NCBI GenBank assembly: GCA_965655095.1
Contig: OZ296648.1
Location: 157,480,001-157,544,000, forward strand
DNA from: Haplodiscus bocki
Lineage: Eukaryota
Direction: 5' to 3'
DNA length: 64,000 nt
Shown here: positions 24,501 to 38,339 of the stretch, one piece after another
How the letters are laid out: every line of letters begins with the position of its first letter
How positions within the stretch are numbered: position 1 is the stretch's first letter
Position numbers and translations under genes: made by a program
The notes under the pieces: model-generated
Database searches by the model: none
The model's input: only the letters and a program-made list of their open reading frames with translations
Told to the model about the DNA's origin: nothing

Positions 24501-24960
24501 AAATTTTTGAGAAAACAAACTGAAACAATCAAAATTTTTAATGAAATTTGTTGTTGCCAGGCCTAAAAAAACGTTCAATCTGAAGGAAGTGTTATCCTTA
24601 AGTGAATACGTTTTATGAATACTTTCAAGTGACACAAATTCTGCTGATAAAGAGATTTACTGTCTGAGTGTTTTATTCAATTGTAACAGGTAAGTGCCCA
24701 ATTTTAACGTGAACGTTTTTGTATAAAGAGACAAAGAATTGACGAAAAAAAGAAAACGTGACTTTTTACAATGTATGTAGTATAGATGTTAGGGGCAATG
24801 CAGTAGAAACAAGCACGACAGAATTATGCAGTGTACCAAATTTTATGAAGCAATCAAAGCTTTTAAAGACCAGAGATTAGACTATACTTTTTCAACTTAC
24901 TATTAAAGGAGGGCTTGCACCGTGCGAAAAAAATTTTAGGTACCAAAAAAATGCCCTATG
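21560..24960 (+). mobile_element. Very old APE-RT LINE remnant
   Basis: ORF1-like ELGFIRKSKKA*EPILG (~21995-22050; cf. RLGK..RPRPILV), APE-like LWFQEVEYAEL (~22512), and RT-like LFHINDLVDDIHGSNFF (~24145-24195; cf. LFLIFINDLPD). The order matches the LINE at 60-64 kb. Confidence 0.4.
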
Positions 24961-26119
24961 TCGTTGGGTGGGGATAATTGAGGACTGAAAAGGAAAACAA
25001 CCCTTAGTTGACAAGATTCCTCCGCCATAGGAAATTTACCACACCTGACACTAGAGTCGGTGCTACGGAAAACTTAAATCAATCCTTTCATGGCATAATT
25101 TTGTCGAGTTGCCTTTATGTACCGATCAAACCCGGCCGCGTTCTTGAAGTGAGCAAACAAAAATGTTTTTCAATTTGTTTCATAAAAAATTGACCTACAG
25201 TTTAGCATCAGGCGTTTCTGAAGCTATAAGAAACGAACCTAACAGACATTGGACTTTGAACAAGAATCAGTTTTTCGGACTGGAGAAGACATGGAAAGTA
25301 CAGAAGAAATCATTTCTCTCGGATCTTTTCTCCAAACTTTGCGTTCGTTGCTGTCGCAAAAGAAACTGGTTTTACACGGTGATATGCCAGTAGTTCTTTT
25401 TCCGGGAAACTGGTATCGAGAGAAGGGAAGAAGTGCTCTGAAATGTTGAAGCGCAAGTGGTAGATGCAATTGGACATGAAAATTCGAGCTTAAAAGACAA
25501 AATCTTCCGTTTAAAAATCAATTTCGTTTAACAGGGTTGCTGTGTTCACGCTGGGGATAAATACTTTGTTTTCATCCATAATTTTTGACGTCATGTTGAT
25601 AGGCTCAAAAAAGAAAACTGTGAGGCACGGAAGCAAAGAGAAACCACCTCTTATCAATCAAGCATCTGAACGTCCTACACAATTTGTTTCGTAGCTTCGA
25701 AATCGTCTCCTCAGAAAAAACTTGAGAAGCTGCCACAATCTGCTTTCAGGCGTTTTTTGAAAATGCTTTCAAAGCGCATTATATTGTACATACACAAGTA
25801 ATTAAAACGGTTTTCTCTGTTTTCTATTTGGACAAAGTGTTCGAACATGTGAGGCATAAAAAAAGATCGTTTTTTTTCGCGTACCTTTCTGGTAGCAGAT
25901 TGTTCTTGCGCTTATCAAGTTCATACAGTGAAAGCATTGATTTAACACAGCGGTATCAGAACTCGGAGTCTCCATCAAATTAGGAAATTTGGTTTCACCA
26001 ATGAACGTTTTTGCCTATGGGACAGGGATTGTTCGTGAGTTTCTTGGCAAGATGTTGTGACCTGTTCATGCGGTGGAAACAGACTTCATATGAACTTCGG
26101 GGAGGTTACAAAATTTCCG

Positions 26120-26740
26120 TTCAAGTCTGACGCGTTGTAAAGTTTTTGTTTCAAATCAGACAAGTTGTTAAACTTTGGATTCAAAATTTGACCCAATGTA
26201 TTTTTCCTAACCGAAAACCGTTTGTTTTTTTTACACAAGTTTTAAGCAGAACAATCATTTTCTGCAAGTAAACGTAAAAGGTGCAAAACTTGACACTATC
26301 ATGGAACAAAACTCGTCGGATAGTCCTTTTTTTGCACACAGAAGTTTTTTTTCGAAAGTTGGTGTCTACAAAGAATTTTCACTTCAAAATCAGACGCCTT
26401 GTAAAAAGGGCAACTCAAAAGTTATCACGTAGTGTTTTTTTATTCGAACTCGGACAGGTTGTAAAGTTTTTGATTCTAGTTCTTCTTTCTTCAAAAAGTT
26501 TCTGCAGCATTTTCAAGCTTGATAGAGAAATCACAAGGTTTGCAGTTTTTGATGTTTATGCGAAGTCATGTAAGTCTGAACGTGACTTTTTTCTTGCAAA
26601 ATTTTTATCTGTTTTCGAATTTTTTTGAGAGCGTTTCACATTAGAATCTAACGCTTTGCGAAGAAATTTAATCAAAAATGGGCGCGTTGCAAAAACTCTG
26701 ATTCATAAGCTAAAATATGTCAAAACTTTTGGGGTAAAGA
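26120..26740. repeat. Degenerate ~30-bp tandem repeat (approx. TCAAAATCTGACGCGTTGTAAAxxTTTGAT)
   Basis: Units such as tcaagtctgacgcgttgtaaagtttttgtt / tcaaatcagacaagttgttaaactttggat (26121-26180), ttcaaaatcagacgccttgtaaaaa (~26383), tcgaactcggacaggttgtaaagtttttgat (~26444) and tcaaaaatgggcgcgttgcaaaaactctgat (~26672). Confidence 0.65.
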
Positions 26741-27199
26741 ATCAGAATTAACAGACAATTCCAAGTAAAAACTGATTTCTGAATAACTTTTCAAGTTTTT
26801 CCTGAAGTTCGCCGACTAATCGTTTCTGGCTACGACGCTGAATTTGCTGTACAGTGCAGAAGTAAGCAGCAGAGTCTCTTATGAAACTAGTCTCGACCAG
26901 TATAACCTATAGTTGCAACACACTACTTTTCGCCCAACAAATTGAAAAAAAATTGTTTTTGAAGAGAGACAATCATTCACAGAGTTTCCAGAGGACAGAC
27001 TGTGGAACACATATTCTATCAATCAACAGTGTTTCTGAAAAAAAAGAGTCAAAAGAAGTGAAACCGCAAGCAATATTTGAAACTCCAACCACGCTCGCTA
27101 AGAGTTTCGTTGAGGCACAAAAGAAGTTGAACAACTGAAAAACGATAACGGGTACTCAAAAGTTATGCCTCGCTTAGTTCTGGCTGGGAACGGCATCTC

Positions 27200-28200
27200 T
27201 TGAAATCTCTATACCAGCTTTAAATAGCGATGGGTTATAGAAGGTGTACTTCTTCGGGTGTCTGGTTTGTGTTTGCTCAAAGTTTGGTGGCTTCTTGTAG
27301 TTACTAATTTTCTCAAGTTAAAGTTACTTTTTTATATTGCATTTGCAATGGGTTTTACTTTATCAATAAAAATGTTTAAACCTCTTTGATTGACACGAGC
27401 TGGAAAGTTACTGAGATATCGATTATTGATGATAGTGTCCAACTTTTGCTACTGTGGTCAACTTAAACATCTGGGAACCATTCGTTTTTTCATCGGTACC
27501 ACACCAACCTCAGTTTTTATCCTCACCTAAATGTTCCTGCAAAAACCGATTCAGTGCTCTGCTTTGAAGTTTTTTTTTGGAATGAGTTCAGAAAATGCTT
27601 TTCGACATTGTTCCCCAGGCATCTTTGTTTGCTTTGCTGGGCATTTTGTCAACTCCGCTGCTTTGATGATTGAAATCATAATGTCCACTTTTAGCAAGAA
27701 ATATTTTGAAGAATCAGCAACTGAATGGTGCATAGAGACAATCAACGGCTTGATAGTTGCAGCCAAACTAGATCTTTTTTCCGTTGCAGCTCTTGCTTTT
27801 CATCAAAAAGTAATTTAGGATGTTTGCTACCGAATGAAAAGCGCCTCTTGTAGCCCAGGCGAGCAAGGAAGAACAAATTCTCCACAAAACTTTCTGCCGC
27901 GGAAAAGTGATGCTTTTCTAGAGACTTTGAGTAAAACCTGGAAGCGCCTGTAAAATAACCGCAGCCATCTGGTTTGTCAGAAGAAACTGAACAATTTTTT
28001 TTCTGAGTTTCGACAAAAAGTTTTTGCTTTCCAAAGGAACCAAAAAAACTAACAATCTCAATAAATGGAAACTCAATGTGTTCGAGAAAAAAATTGAAAC
28101 ATATTCACATAGTGGGAATATCGTTGCCTCTTTGACCAGAAAAGAAAAGAATCTCCTCAGATAGAGCTTCGTTGTCTCAGTGAGTAAAAAAAAACTTAAT
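27200..28200 (-). mobile_element. Possible Maverick/Polinton capsid-module fossil (minor capsid C-terminus, small basic core-like ORF, major capsid N-terminus)
   Basis: ETTKLYLRRFFSFLVKEATIFPLCEYVSIFFSNTLSF (~28070-28180) resembles the penton GDTxAPLLR..F.NL.F block. It is followed by GYFTGASR..EFVLP and SMHHSVADSS. Recognition is by eye and the sequence is heavily decayed. Confidence 0.3.
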
Positions 28201-29249
28201 TCAAAGTAGGTGGGACTCGGCTAATTTTGTGCGAACGCAGCATTTGAGAACTTGAACTCTTTCTTCATAAAAAATTCTCAACAACATTTTGAAGTCTTCA
28301 CGTCAATTACCTAAAGCTCACCAAATACAACACTGCTGCTTCCTTGGACAAACTAAATTGTTCTGACTACGTTGGCTTTGGTAATTGCAAAGTCAGTTCT
28401 CGGACAATTTTGTTGGTCAAAATACGCTGCCCACTATACAGAATGTGATCGAAAAACGTCAAAAAAGATATTAACCGAGGAATTCGACCATTGCAAGTGT
28501 TCAGCCAATGCTGGCTACTACGATGTCAGCAGGTTACTGCAGGTGAAAGCTGTAGTGGAGAGCAAATCTTGACTCCTGTGCCTATCTGAAGATGTCCACG
28601 CATATGCACAAGCGTTTCTGGTTGGCTCACAAATTGGTTGAAATTATTGAAATCAAACAAGAGGTCCGGTGTGGCTGCCGTGATACTTTATGGACATTCT
28701 AGAGATTTGGTTTCCCAAGTTTAAAAACTTACCAGAAAATTGGAGGAAAAAAATTCAAACAAAATTCTGTTTTAGCTCAAGAATTGATGAAACTAAAAAT
28801 GGACTACTTTTGGTGAACCCTGTGTATGATAAGTCTTTTGTTGATAAGCCCATCTTAGAAGACTTGTGAATGTAAATGCAACTATCAATACCTAATCTTT
28901 TTTTCTATGAAATTCAAGATAAGTTTCAGTGTTGGAGACAAAAAAGTTCGGTATGAAGATGAAATCAATTTTGGGACTTTATCATAATCTATTACCACCT
29001 CCAAAATTTTCTCAGGAGAAATGTGAGCTAAGAGTACTTTAAGTGCAACACATACTTAGATCGGAAAACCTGTTCTTGCAGATGAAGTTTCTCGCCTAAA
29101 AGTACAACGAACAAGTAAAGGACAAAAGTATGTGCAGGCTTCGGGAGAGAAGTAAACAAGTTGAAAGACGTCGTATAACGTCACGAAAACAATAGACACC
29201 TCCACGAAAATGAAATCGACATGAAACTGACAGAATATCTGTTGGTGTT

Positions 29250-31900
29250 ATTGCAAAGATTAAACCTTTTGAATGGGATTCACGCATCGTTCCTGATGAG
29301 CCTTGTACCTAATGGAATAACTATTCGTATGTAAAATAAATACGGTCAAAAAAGATGTTATTTTTCTAGTTAGCACTTTCTGATACTGACTGGAACTGAA
29401 AATGGCGTTTAAACACAAAAATCTCTTCAACATGTTTGTTTCTAGGTGGACGTTGCTTCCGGAACGATGAAATCTTTTTAAAAGCCTGAAATAAAAGTCT
29501 CTAAAAAGTGGAACTTTTGATTACCAAGACTCTTTTTTGCAATTTGGATTTTGCTAGAGGAGTGCTTATATACGTCATGCCAAACCACACAATGTTGCTG
29601 AAGCAGTGCAACCACATATTGGTAATGGACTTGGCTACTGTTACAAGGCTGTTTGTAGTGGCATATCTTCTGTACTTGGTCACGATACCGTTCCTCTCTG
29701 ACTCTAGCCAAATCTCTTACTCCTTTCTATGGTCGATTCTGTCAATTTTTGAATCAATAAATTCAGCATAGCACTAGATATTGAGCTGGCAGATAAAAAA
29801 AATGTTGAGGGTTTGGAGTTTTTATCGACTGGGAAGTTCAGGTATACTCAATGTTTCCTCAAAAGAAGGACAACCCCACAAGAAAGTAATTTTAAGTGTG
29901 ATAAGATTTTGCAAGAAAACGCACAAAAAAGTGGAACTTTGAATGAACGAGGGCTCCCGAACTTTTCCCAAAGGTTCTAAAGACTAATCATATTGCAAGA
30001 GGACAGAGAAATGGAGCTGAGCAATTTATTCACCGAGAGTTCAAAAACATCGATGATAATGGTTGTCTTAACCTTCCATTTGTTGTGGGTTCTGAAGGAG
30101 ATGAAGAAAATTGACTTTGGTCATGTTACCTATTGTGAACAAAACTATATTTCATTGTGCAGAATCCAAGCTGTAAAAATATGTTGAACGAACAAAGCAA
30201 CATATCACTTTTCAAAACTTTATTGTGGAATGTTTCATCTGTCTGTACGGAATAATTTTTTCGAATTGTTTTTCAGCAGTACAATTTTAAGAAGCTGAGC
30301 GTACAGACAAGAACGATTACGAACACGTTAGTCCTAATTTGGCAGAATTGTATTTGAAAACACCAATAAGAAGATAAAATCGTAGACTTGATTTGCGTCA
30401 AACCTGCTCCAGCTCTCTGATTATCTTCCCTGTCTCAGCTTTGTGTCTTTGCGCTGATTGTTTCTGGTTCCCTCTAGTGATTAGTGACTTCACATTTGAA
30501 AACGGTGAGACCAATCAAAAACAGAAATCTTTTCATCGTCACCAAAAATATGAGCATTTTGTTTTCAAGAACGGGTCGTCTCTCTAAACACTTGGTTGGA
30601 CCACCCGACCCAAAAAAGTGCCTTATATTTACAATTAGGTAATAACTGGACCTCTGCGACTGAAACATGACAAAATTTACTGTTTGCACCAACACTTCCA
30701 AACACTCTACGATGTTATGCAGAATAAAAAACTGATAGTTTCGAACTTGTTCGAGGTTTCAATTTTGATTTTACCGATTTGCAAAATTTGAAGTCTGAAA
30801 GGTGCTTGTCAGTTTCCGTTGATCAGTATGAAGATTTTTTTCAAAAGCTTCAGTTCATATTGTTTTTGCTGGGACTTTTTGCTTGTTGAGTACTGTTCAC
30901 ATTGAACACAACTTGTTTCTCCAAAGTAAACTATGTCGGGATGTAGAATTCTAAAATCTCTTCCACCAATTCCTCATTGGGTGAGGTGAATTTAGTAAAA
31001 AAGATTTTGCTTTTTCATAGAAATCCACAGATTGTTTTCAGTGTTTTTATTTGAATTGCTTGATTTCTTCCGTGTTGTATTAGTAAAACCAATTCGGTTT
31101 GGGAACGGGTTTATTTTTTCAGTGAAAGCAATACTGGCAGCGGTCTTCGTCAAATCATGCATATATCAATACATTTTTTTGATGAGGACTTGTGATACTG
31201 TGATATTGAAACTCGGAAAGTTCTTCAAGTTCAATTAGTTGTGAGTACCATTGAGTCTGTTGTTGTTCGAATGGATTTTGCCTCTACACTACAGACAAGG
31301 TGCGAAATTCACTTTTTGCATTGTTGTTACCATTTTGGATATAGTTGGCTTTTGATCCCAAAAAAGACTATGGTTACCGGAGAAACCCAACAGATGATGG
31401 TTTCACCTGAATAAATTGCTCCGACAGTATGTTTCCTAATCAGGAGTATAATTTCCTCCGGTTATTTTTTTCAAACCAGCTGTTGCCATAACGGGCAATG
31501 TTTTCCACGTGATAACTTTCCACAAAAAAGCGCTCGCAATATTTGGGGGTTTGATCCAGTTTACTCTGTATCTCGGACAAAAACAACCGACTCCATACGA
31601 TAAAAAGTCCATTGTTTAAATTTTCCTCTTGACCAACAGCCATTTTTGAAGTACCTAACCCTTCTTGTTACCTAGGCAAGAAAGACTTGAAGCAACTTTC
31701 TCTTTTGGTTGTTCCATATATGGTGTAAAACCATGGGTACCACATGCTTCGCCCGTTTTTCTCCTCCATTGGTACAGTGAAGATGCCACTTTCTCAACGA
31801 GTGTTTCAAAACATTCTGTCAGAGATTCAAAAGTGAATTTCTACTCTCAACAGTAACGAAAGGTCCTATGTGAGAACTACGTTACACAGACAACAACAAA
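29250..31900 (-). mobile_element. Degenerate Ty3/Gypsy pol remnant (RT-RNase H-integrase)
   Basis: RNase H-like EVLVQ...LENKMLIFLVTMKRFLFLIGLTVFKCEVTNH (30474-30701) and integrase-like TKYRRY..VTVAKSITNMWLHCF (29501-29683), then RFHRSGSNVHLE. RT-RH-IN is the Gypsy order. Confidence 0.55.
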
Positions 31901-33899
31901 AAACAAAATTTTACGCCGCGAGAGCAAATGTTGAGTTGGAATCCTGTGCTGTATTACAGGTACCATTTTCTCAACAACGTACCAGAAAGACGTCACCTTT
32001 ATTCTTCAAGTTTATCAAGTTTTTGTTGAATTACAACTCAGGCATTTGTGCACAATCAACCACTCTGGAAATCTGGAAATTTTTTCCATTGCAATTTTGA
32101 ATTCTGTAGGTTTTGTTACGTCTCTGGATTCTGCTGGTTTGGTCAGTGGGAAAACACAGTGTACTCATGTAAGGTTAAGTTAAGCATACCTTTTTTTAAT
32201 TTTAAATTTTGTGTTCTCTTTAGATTTTCTGCAGTAGTGAAAAAATGAATGTTCATTTTTAATTAATAGTCCTGAGTAAATTGAGAGATATGTTGTAAGA
32301 AATGGAGACTTGGATCGTTGGCATAGGCTTCCAGCCCGTAAACGTATTCGACCGGATGTTTTTTTTCAGAGAAAATATTTTTGATTACCTTAGAAGGAAA
32401 CCCAAGTGTCTTTTTTTCGGAAATCTTTCACTGACTGTATAAAAAGTTAGTTTTACATTTATAGAAGCGTCTTTTGTTTTTAAGAAAAGGATTTTTGGAA
32501 AACTAACCATCGATATGCTCGCTCCACGCACAATCCTGTCGCTGTATTTGGACCCCTCCGAGTTTTCAATTAGTTTTTGGACAAATTATAGTTTTTTGAA
32601 AATCATAAATGAGCTTTCAAAAAGTGTTTCATTTTGACCGACCCACAAACGTTCCTTTCACCGAAACAGGTTTTATTTTCTGGCCAATCGTGTACGTCAA
32701 AGTCAAATGTTTTTTGATTGTAATTCAGCCAAGTTTTTCAAAACCTGAGAATCATTGGAGGAGACAAGTTGGGTTACAAGCAAAACCCGTTCTTTGCATT
32801 GTTTTCACGAAACTCCATGTCCATTTCTGCAAATCAGATTGAATGAAGGACCTAGTTACGAGCAAGGATGCACTGCGAATCACAGTTCGGAAAACGGTTA
32901 CCCTCTGATTGCCGTTACCATTTACTACCATTTCAAAAAACGGTGAAGGAGAAATGTCTCAAAACTTCTTTGACGTGCAGGTCAACAAAAAAATTGAGGA
33001 TCCTTCCGAAATTCTGGTCACATTCAGTTTAAATTAAAACGTTTTTAGAGAGAAGACAACTTTTTGATATTTTGAAGAGAGTTCTAAAAATAACGAACAC
33101 TTTAAGGGATTTGGACAGAAAGAGACTATTGAGGAAAAAACCAAGAGGGGATTGGAAGTGTGTGGTTGGAAGTGCAAAAGACTAAATAAACAGTTTGTAA
33201 TTTCTTTTTTCTAAAGTTTGCTACCGTGCCGAAATGAAGTAAGAAAGGTAACTCCGTATCATTATGAATTGTGAAGCCCCCTAGATCACTGAGTACCGTT
33301 TCCTTGTGATAACCTTGCCGTCTGTAAAAAACTGTCGGCAGTCAATCCAATACCAACCTTTTTAGTACATTGCACTCACGTCATAACTGAGGTACCCAGA
33401 CAAGACCTCAACTTCAAATTTCCGCTTTATCCACCTATCCAAACCGAGAGACTATTTTAATACAAAAAGGATTCATAACCCCTCCCCAACTGATCAGAAC
33501 ACACATTTACAACTCTTTTCGATGAGGACAAGGAATCAGTTTTTATGAACAATTTACTGTGTGCATTTGTTGAGTATGCCAACTGCGGTGTATAAAGATA
33601 TACCACGGAGCACAAGAACTTGGTAGTGCGATAAAAGTACAGGTGAAATGAAGGCTATAATAAAAACTGTAGAAGGTTCAAAATTCATGACTAAAAATCG
33701 CCAAACACAAATGGCATGCTCACAACGTCAACTTCTCTGAAAACGCCTTGGAATTACTTCTACTACTCAATGAGCGGGTTGAGTTAACGTCAAGGCCCAA
33801 ACGGTTTCCCAAAAGAAAAAACCTGAATAGATACCATCGAGTTTTCACTTGATGGTGACAAAACCATTGGAGGATATACTTTTAAAATCTGGAGTGCAC

Positions 33900-36800
33900 C
33901 AACAAACAGAACACATTTTGAACCTCAAAAACATAGTTTCTCTAACAGACCTAAGGAAAGCAAAACCATCGACTCGAAGAATTATTTCAATGCAGACCTG
34001 AAATGAATGAAAAGTTATGTGGAAGCCTAGAAATTGGCGCCACAAAAGTCAAAAACTGCTCCAGGCTGAAGCAACTTTATCAGGTCCAACCAATCACAAT
34101 ACCACAGTTGAGACTTCTACGTGCCGTAACGATGGATACTACTGAATATACAGACTACATGTTAACAAATCAGACGTAATTTGAATTCGGCCTTGAAGGG
34201 CCTAGGAAATTGATAAACATTAGCAGATTTACTTGGAATGTCATAACGTTTGGTATCTAGTTCCGAGACGACCGAAATCTCAGAATTAAAAGAAACAGAA
34301 CGGGTACCAACCATCCACGGGAATGGAGAAAATCTAAACTCGGGCTCGGAACTTTTGAAATCGTGTAAATGGAAAAATTGCCCAAACTGAAGCTGCGGCC
34401 GAAACATTTTAAACTCTCACCACTTGTGACGGCAAAATGTGAGGCGAGCGGCTAGCTAAGCCAAAGAAAGCAATGTTTGGTAGAATCCTAACGTGGCACA
34501 ATTATAAAAACATTTACAGGATAATAAATGTCAAGAACACTGATGAAAAAGGCAGAGAGACGCTGTTAACACTTCCGTGAGGACATAAAGTTCAAAGAAA
34601 TCACAAAATAGTGCTGTTTTGAAGACTTTTAATTGCACGAAAAGATTCCTGTGAAAAGAAAAATGTGGTTGCCCCTATCAAGAGAAGCTCAATTTCGACT
34701 GCTGAACACAACAGTAACCTAAACCACATCCTCCAAAAGTTTAAGAAAAAAATCCAAAGAAAGATAATGTGTTTTGTGACGAGTTCTTGGGAGATTAATC
34801 GACAACTTACGAACGGGGACCATGACGAGGTCTTCGGAGAACAACAAAATCCAGAGGCATTTGAAGTCTCTTACTTGGACAAACACAATATTCATACGAG
34901 AGTTGCAAAAAAATTGTCCTTTCTTAGTTTGACATGCAGCAACCAACAGATAACTCTTTAGAGCCTTAATTCATCGCATACACCTCTACTCCAGAGAACA
35001 TCGATGACACGCTATATTCAACAAAAAGATTGTGGTTTGAACAAAAACATGATTAAAGTTTAGTAGAAAAAAACTAAAACATACTCAGTGAAAGAAAAAT
35101 GAATCTTTCTTCAACAAAGCTTTGTCAGTATAAGAGAACCGGAATAATATGAAACCGGAACGGTACGTGCGACAGAGAATTTCTCCCAAATGATATATTT
35201 TCTTTGCAGAACCAAATTTATATGCCATTAAAGATAAAAAAATTGATTCAATTGTTGCAAACAAGAAATGCAAAAAGCAAAAATATATCCACTGCCACTT
35301 AGACACCAAAAAATATCACACTGCTTGCGAAGGTAGGTACAAAGTGGGAACATTAACACCGGTAGTCACCTTGTGCCATGAAGTAGGGCTATCAAGTTAC
35401 ATTACGCCCAAGCAAAAAATCATCTGGAATTCATCGAACAAGAAAACGGAAATCGACAAAAGCAACTGAGGAAAGGCCACATCAATAGAAAAGCAGGGGC
35501 CCTTCGCAAGTTTTTTTCCAGCTCAGTCCTTACAGAGGAAAAGTCTAACGACTAAATTGTCAACAAAAATTAAAAGCAGCGACTACAAAAGAAATTAAAT
35601 GGAACAAATTTTCATGTTTGAGTTTGAAAGTTTGATTATAACCAACTCATTGGAGTCAGATAATAAATGGTTTCTATACGAAACAAGAATCGAATTGACT
35701 CCAAATATGCGCCAAAATTTCAAACAATCATGGCTAATGGTGAAATTTTGTCAACTGGAAATGTGTTAAAACAGCGGTGACAGAAGAAGACAAAAACTTG
35801 ACCCGTACAACTGCAGACCTGCGAACTTCACATCAGTTTTTTGCAAACTAACGTAGAAAACCTCTAGGAGACGCAAGTTTGACGTTTGAAACCAAAAGAA
35901 TGAGATCAATCGTTTGGACTTGTACTCAGCAGTTCAACAGATCTACTGCTTCTCCTCTGAGGACTATAGAGGACAGGACTTTGGAATTAGATGAAATCAA
36001 GGGAGTGGACGTTGTATGCATTGATTTCCGAAAGGCATTCGTTTGCGTTCTGCTCAACATACTGGTACAATTAATAACAAGACAGAGAAAGAAGGTAGAA
36101 CACTTGACTTGATTACCTCGTTCATGACCAATCTGACAAACGGACTGGCAGCGATTGAAACTTACTCTTCATGGTTATCCATTATGAGTGGTTATGCACG
36201 CGGTTCGGTCCTTGGACTACACTTTTTGTACTTTATAACAAATCATTGAGAGAATGGGTAACGTCGGAATTTTTCCTTCACAGTGATAGAAAATATTACA
36301 GAAGGAATGAAAGTGCAGAAACGCGAATAAATTCCGGAGTGACGTCAAAACATCTCGTTTTGATTCGAGGTAAGTGTACTAGACTTCAAATTATCGAAGT
36401 GTCACAAACTCAATTTGAGGAAAGAAATGATTATTTTGAGCGCAAGTGTTTCCTTGCTCTGTAAAGCTAATGTCAGAGACGTCAAAAACGACAAAAATAT
36501 GGGAAAGAAAGTTGATTCAAAACACTTTTTGCGAGATCACATAGCTATAGAAAATTTTTTAGAAATCAGTAGCATGATCAAAATAATAAAAAAAATGTAA
36601 AAGTTCACAAATATACCATGAGAACCTCTTATATGTCGCTGCTGAGGCCACAGTTGGAATCGCAAAGCAGAGAATTAAAGAATTAACCTCAAAAAGGAGT
36701 ATTTAATGAGTCAGCATATACAAGGGCGAGCAAACTTGCTGACATAATTCTGAGGAAATTAGGCTACGTCGAAGGTCCTGATGATTTTGAAGCTGCTGAA

Positions 36801-37150
36801 ATTAGAGTACCCAAGAGGACTTGGACACAGGATGGAAGTGTTCAAGATTTTGATGAGAGAATTTGATCGTGCAGCAACTGTTGGAATGTTCATTATAGAC
36901 CATAAAGACACCAGAGGAATGTCACACAACTTCGTTGCTAGAGAACTGAAATCCATTTGAATTTTTTTCCAGCATTACACAAACGAAAGACTGGAACTCA
37001 TTACCTGAAGATGTAATACCCAGCGACAATATCAAAACTTCAGAAACAAAACTCCTTGACACTTGTAAAAGAAATGTGTAATGCCCTTTTCTCAATGTTA
37101 TGGACGTTCAAAGAGGGAGCTGATTGACAAAGGCCAAACAGCTTGCAAAT
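33900..37150 (+). mobile_element. Degenerate CR1-like LINE (RT and 3' end recognisable)
   Basis: DPYNCRPANFTSVFCKL (~35800), VDVVCIDFRKAF (~36005-36040), SSWLSIMSGYARGSVLG (~36165-36215; GVPQGSVLGP), LLRPQLE (~36640), and the CR1-type tail WNSLPEDVI (~36993-37020). The 5' boundary is uncertain. Confidence 0.75.
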
Positions 37151-38339
37151 CAAGAACTGACCATTGCACCTGTGTAATAGTTTAACCAGCACGGTCAAAA
37201 TGTTGGAGGGTAATTCAACAGACACTTCTCAAAAAGTTTGCCTCCATTTTTAGCATAGTGATTCCTTGTGATTGGTGTTGGCAGGTACAAGCTACTGGTC
37301 GCTTCTAATGTGTTCCGTAGGTAGCTACGTAGTTTCCAAAATCAAAGTTACTACAATTGGCTGTTTTTGACGCCCGGGCTCCATGATGGAAGGTGTTGCT
37401 TTTGTTTTCTGCGGCCAGAAGTAAAATTTTTCACTACTGCAGACTCGATTTGTCTATTTCAGAAGGACAACTAGTTTAGTAAAATAAAAAAAAACAAAAA
37501 AAATGGAATTAAGACTGTGATGGGGTTTTAAGATGCCATCGAAAAAAGTTATGGAATTTCTCCATAAGCGGATTTTATTTAACAGACTGGCAGCAGGACA
37601 GATATATGGGCTGGAGGAGTAAACATCCTAGAACTGATACCTGTAACCATTACATCTCAACTGCTAGTAAGACTACCGTTTCAATTCAAGTTAGGAGCCG
37701 TAGCCGGTTACAGTTCCTGTACTCCGTCATACTTAGGCTGAGATCTCTTAGGCTTAATCATACTTAGGCTAGCTTGTGGACAATTGAAGAAAGATATGAA
37801 TGATGTAACACAAAATCACGTGAGTGTGTCTGAGATTTAGCTGTTTTAATTGTCAACAAGCGAAAGAGAACAGATACTTCTCTGTATTTGAACTGCTCTT
37901 TTTCGGTGTCGACCGTGAATGTGATTGAGTATTTATGCCCCATCAGATTATCGGAAAGCGATAATCCCAGAACACTTCGAGTAAGAATGGTTTTCGAACG
38001 TGAATCGTGAATATTGACGAAAAGTCTGTTAATAATCTCCTGAATGAAGCCTAAGTCTTGCTGTCAATAGGAATTCCTTTTTTTGTATTTTTGCTATCAT
38101 TTTTTGTTGTAAAAATGGAGTGTAATTGAATTTTGCCATTATTAGATTTTCAATTATCGCAATACTTGTTGCAATTGATGGTCTATGTGTCCCAGTATCG
38201 AATATTCTGAACATTTGATTGCAATTAACAACTGATCGCTGCTGCCATGGTGATCAATTCTACTCCAAGGCTGTAAACATTACAAATTTAAGGAAATTTT
38301 GAAAAAAAAAAACGTTTTGAACTGATTTTTGACTTTTCG

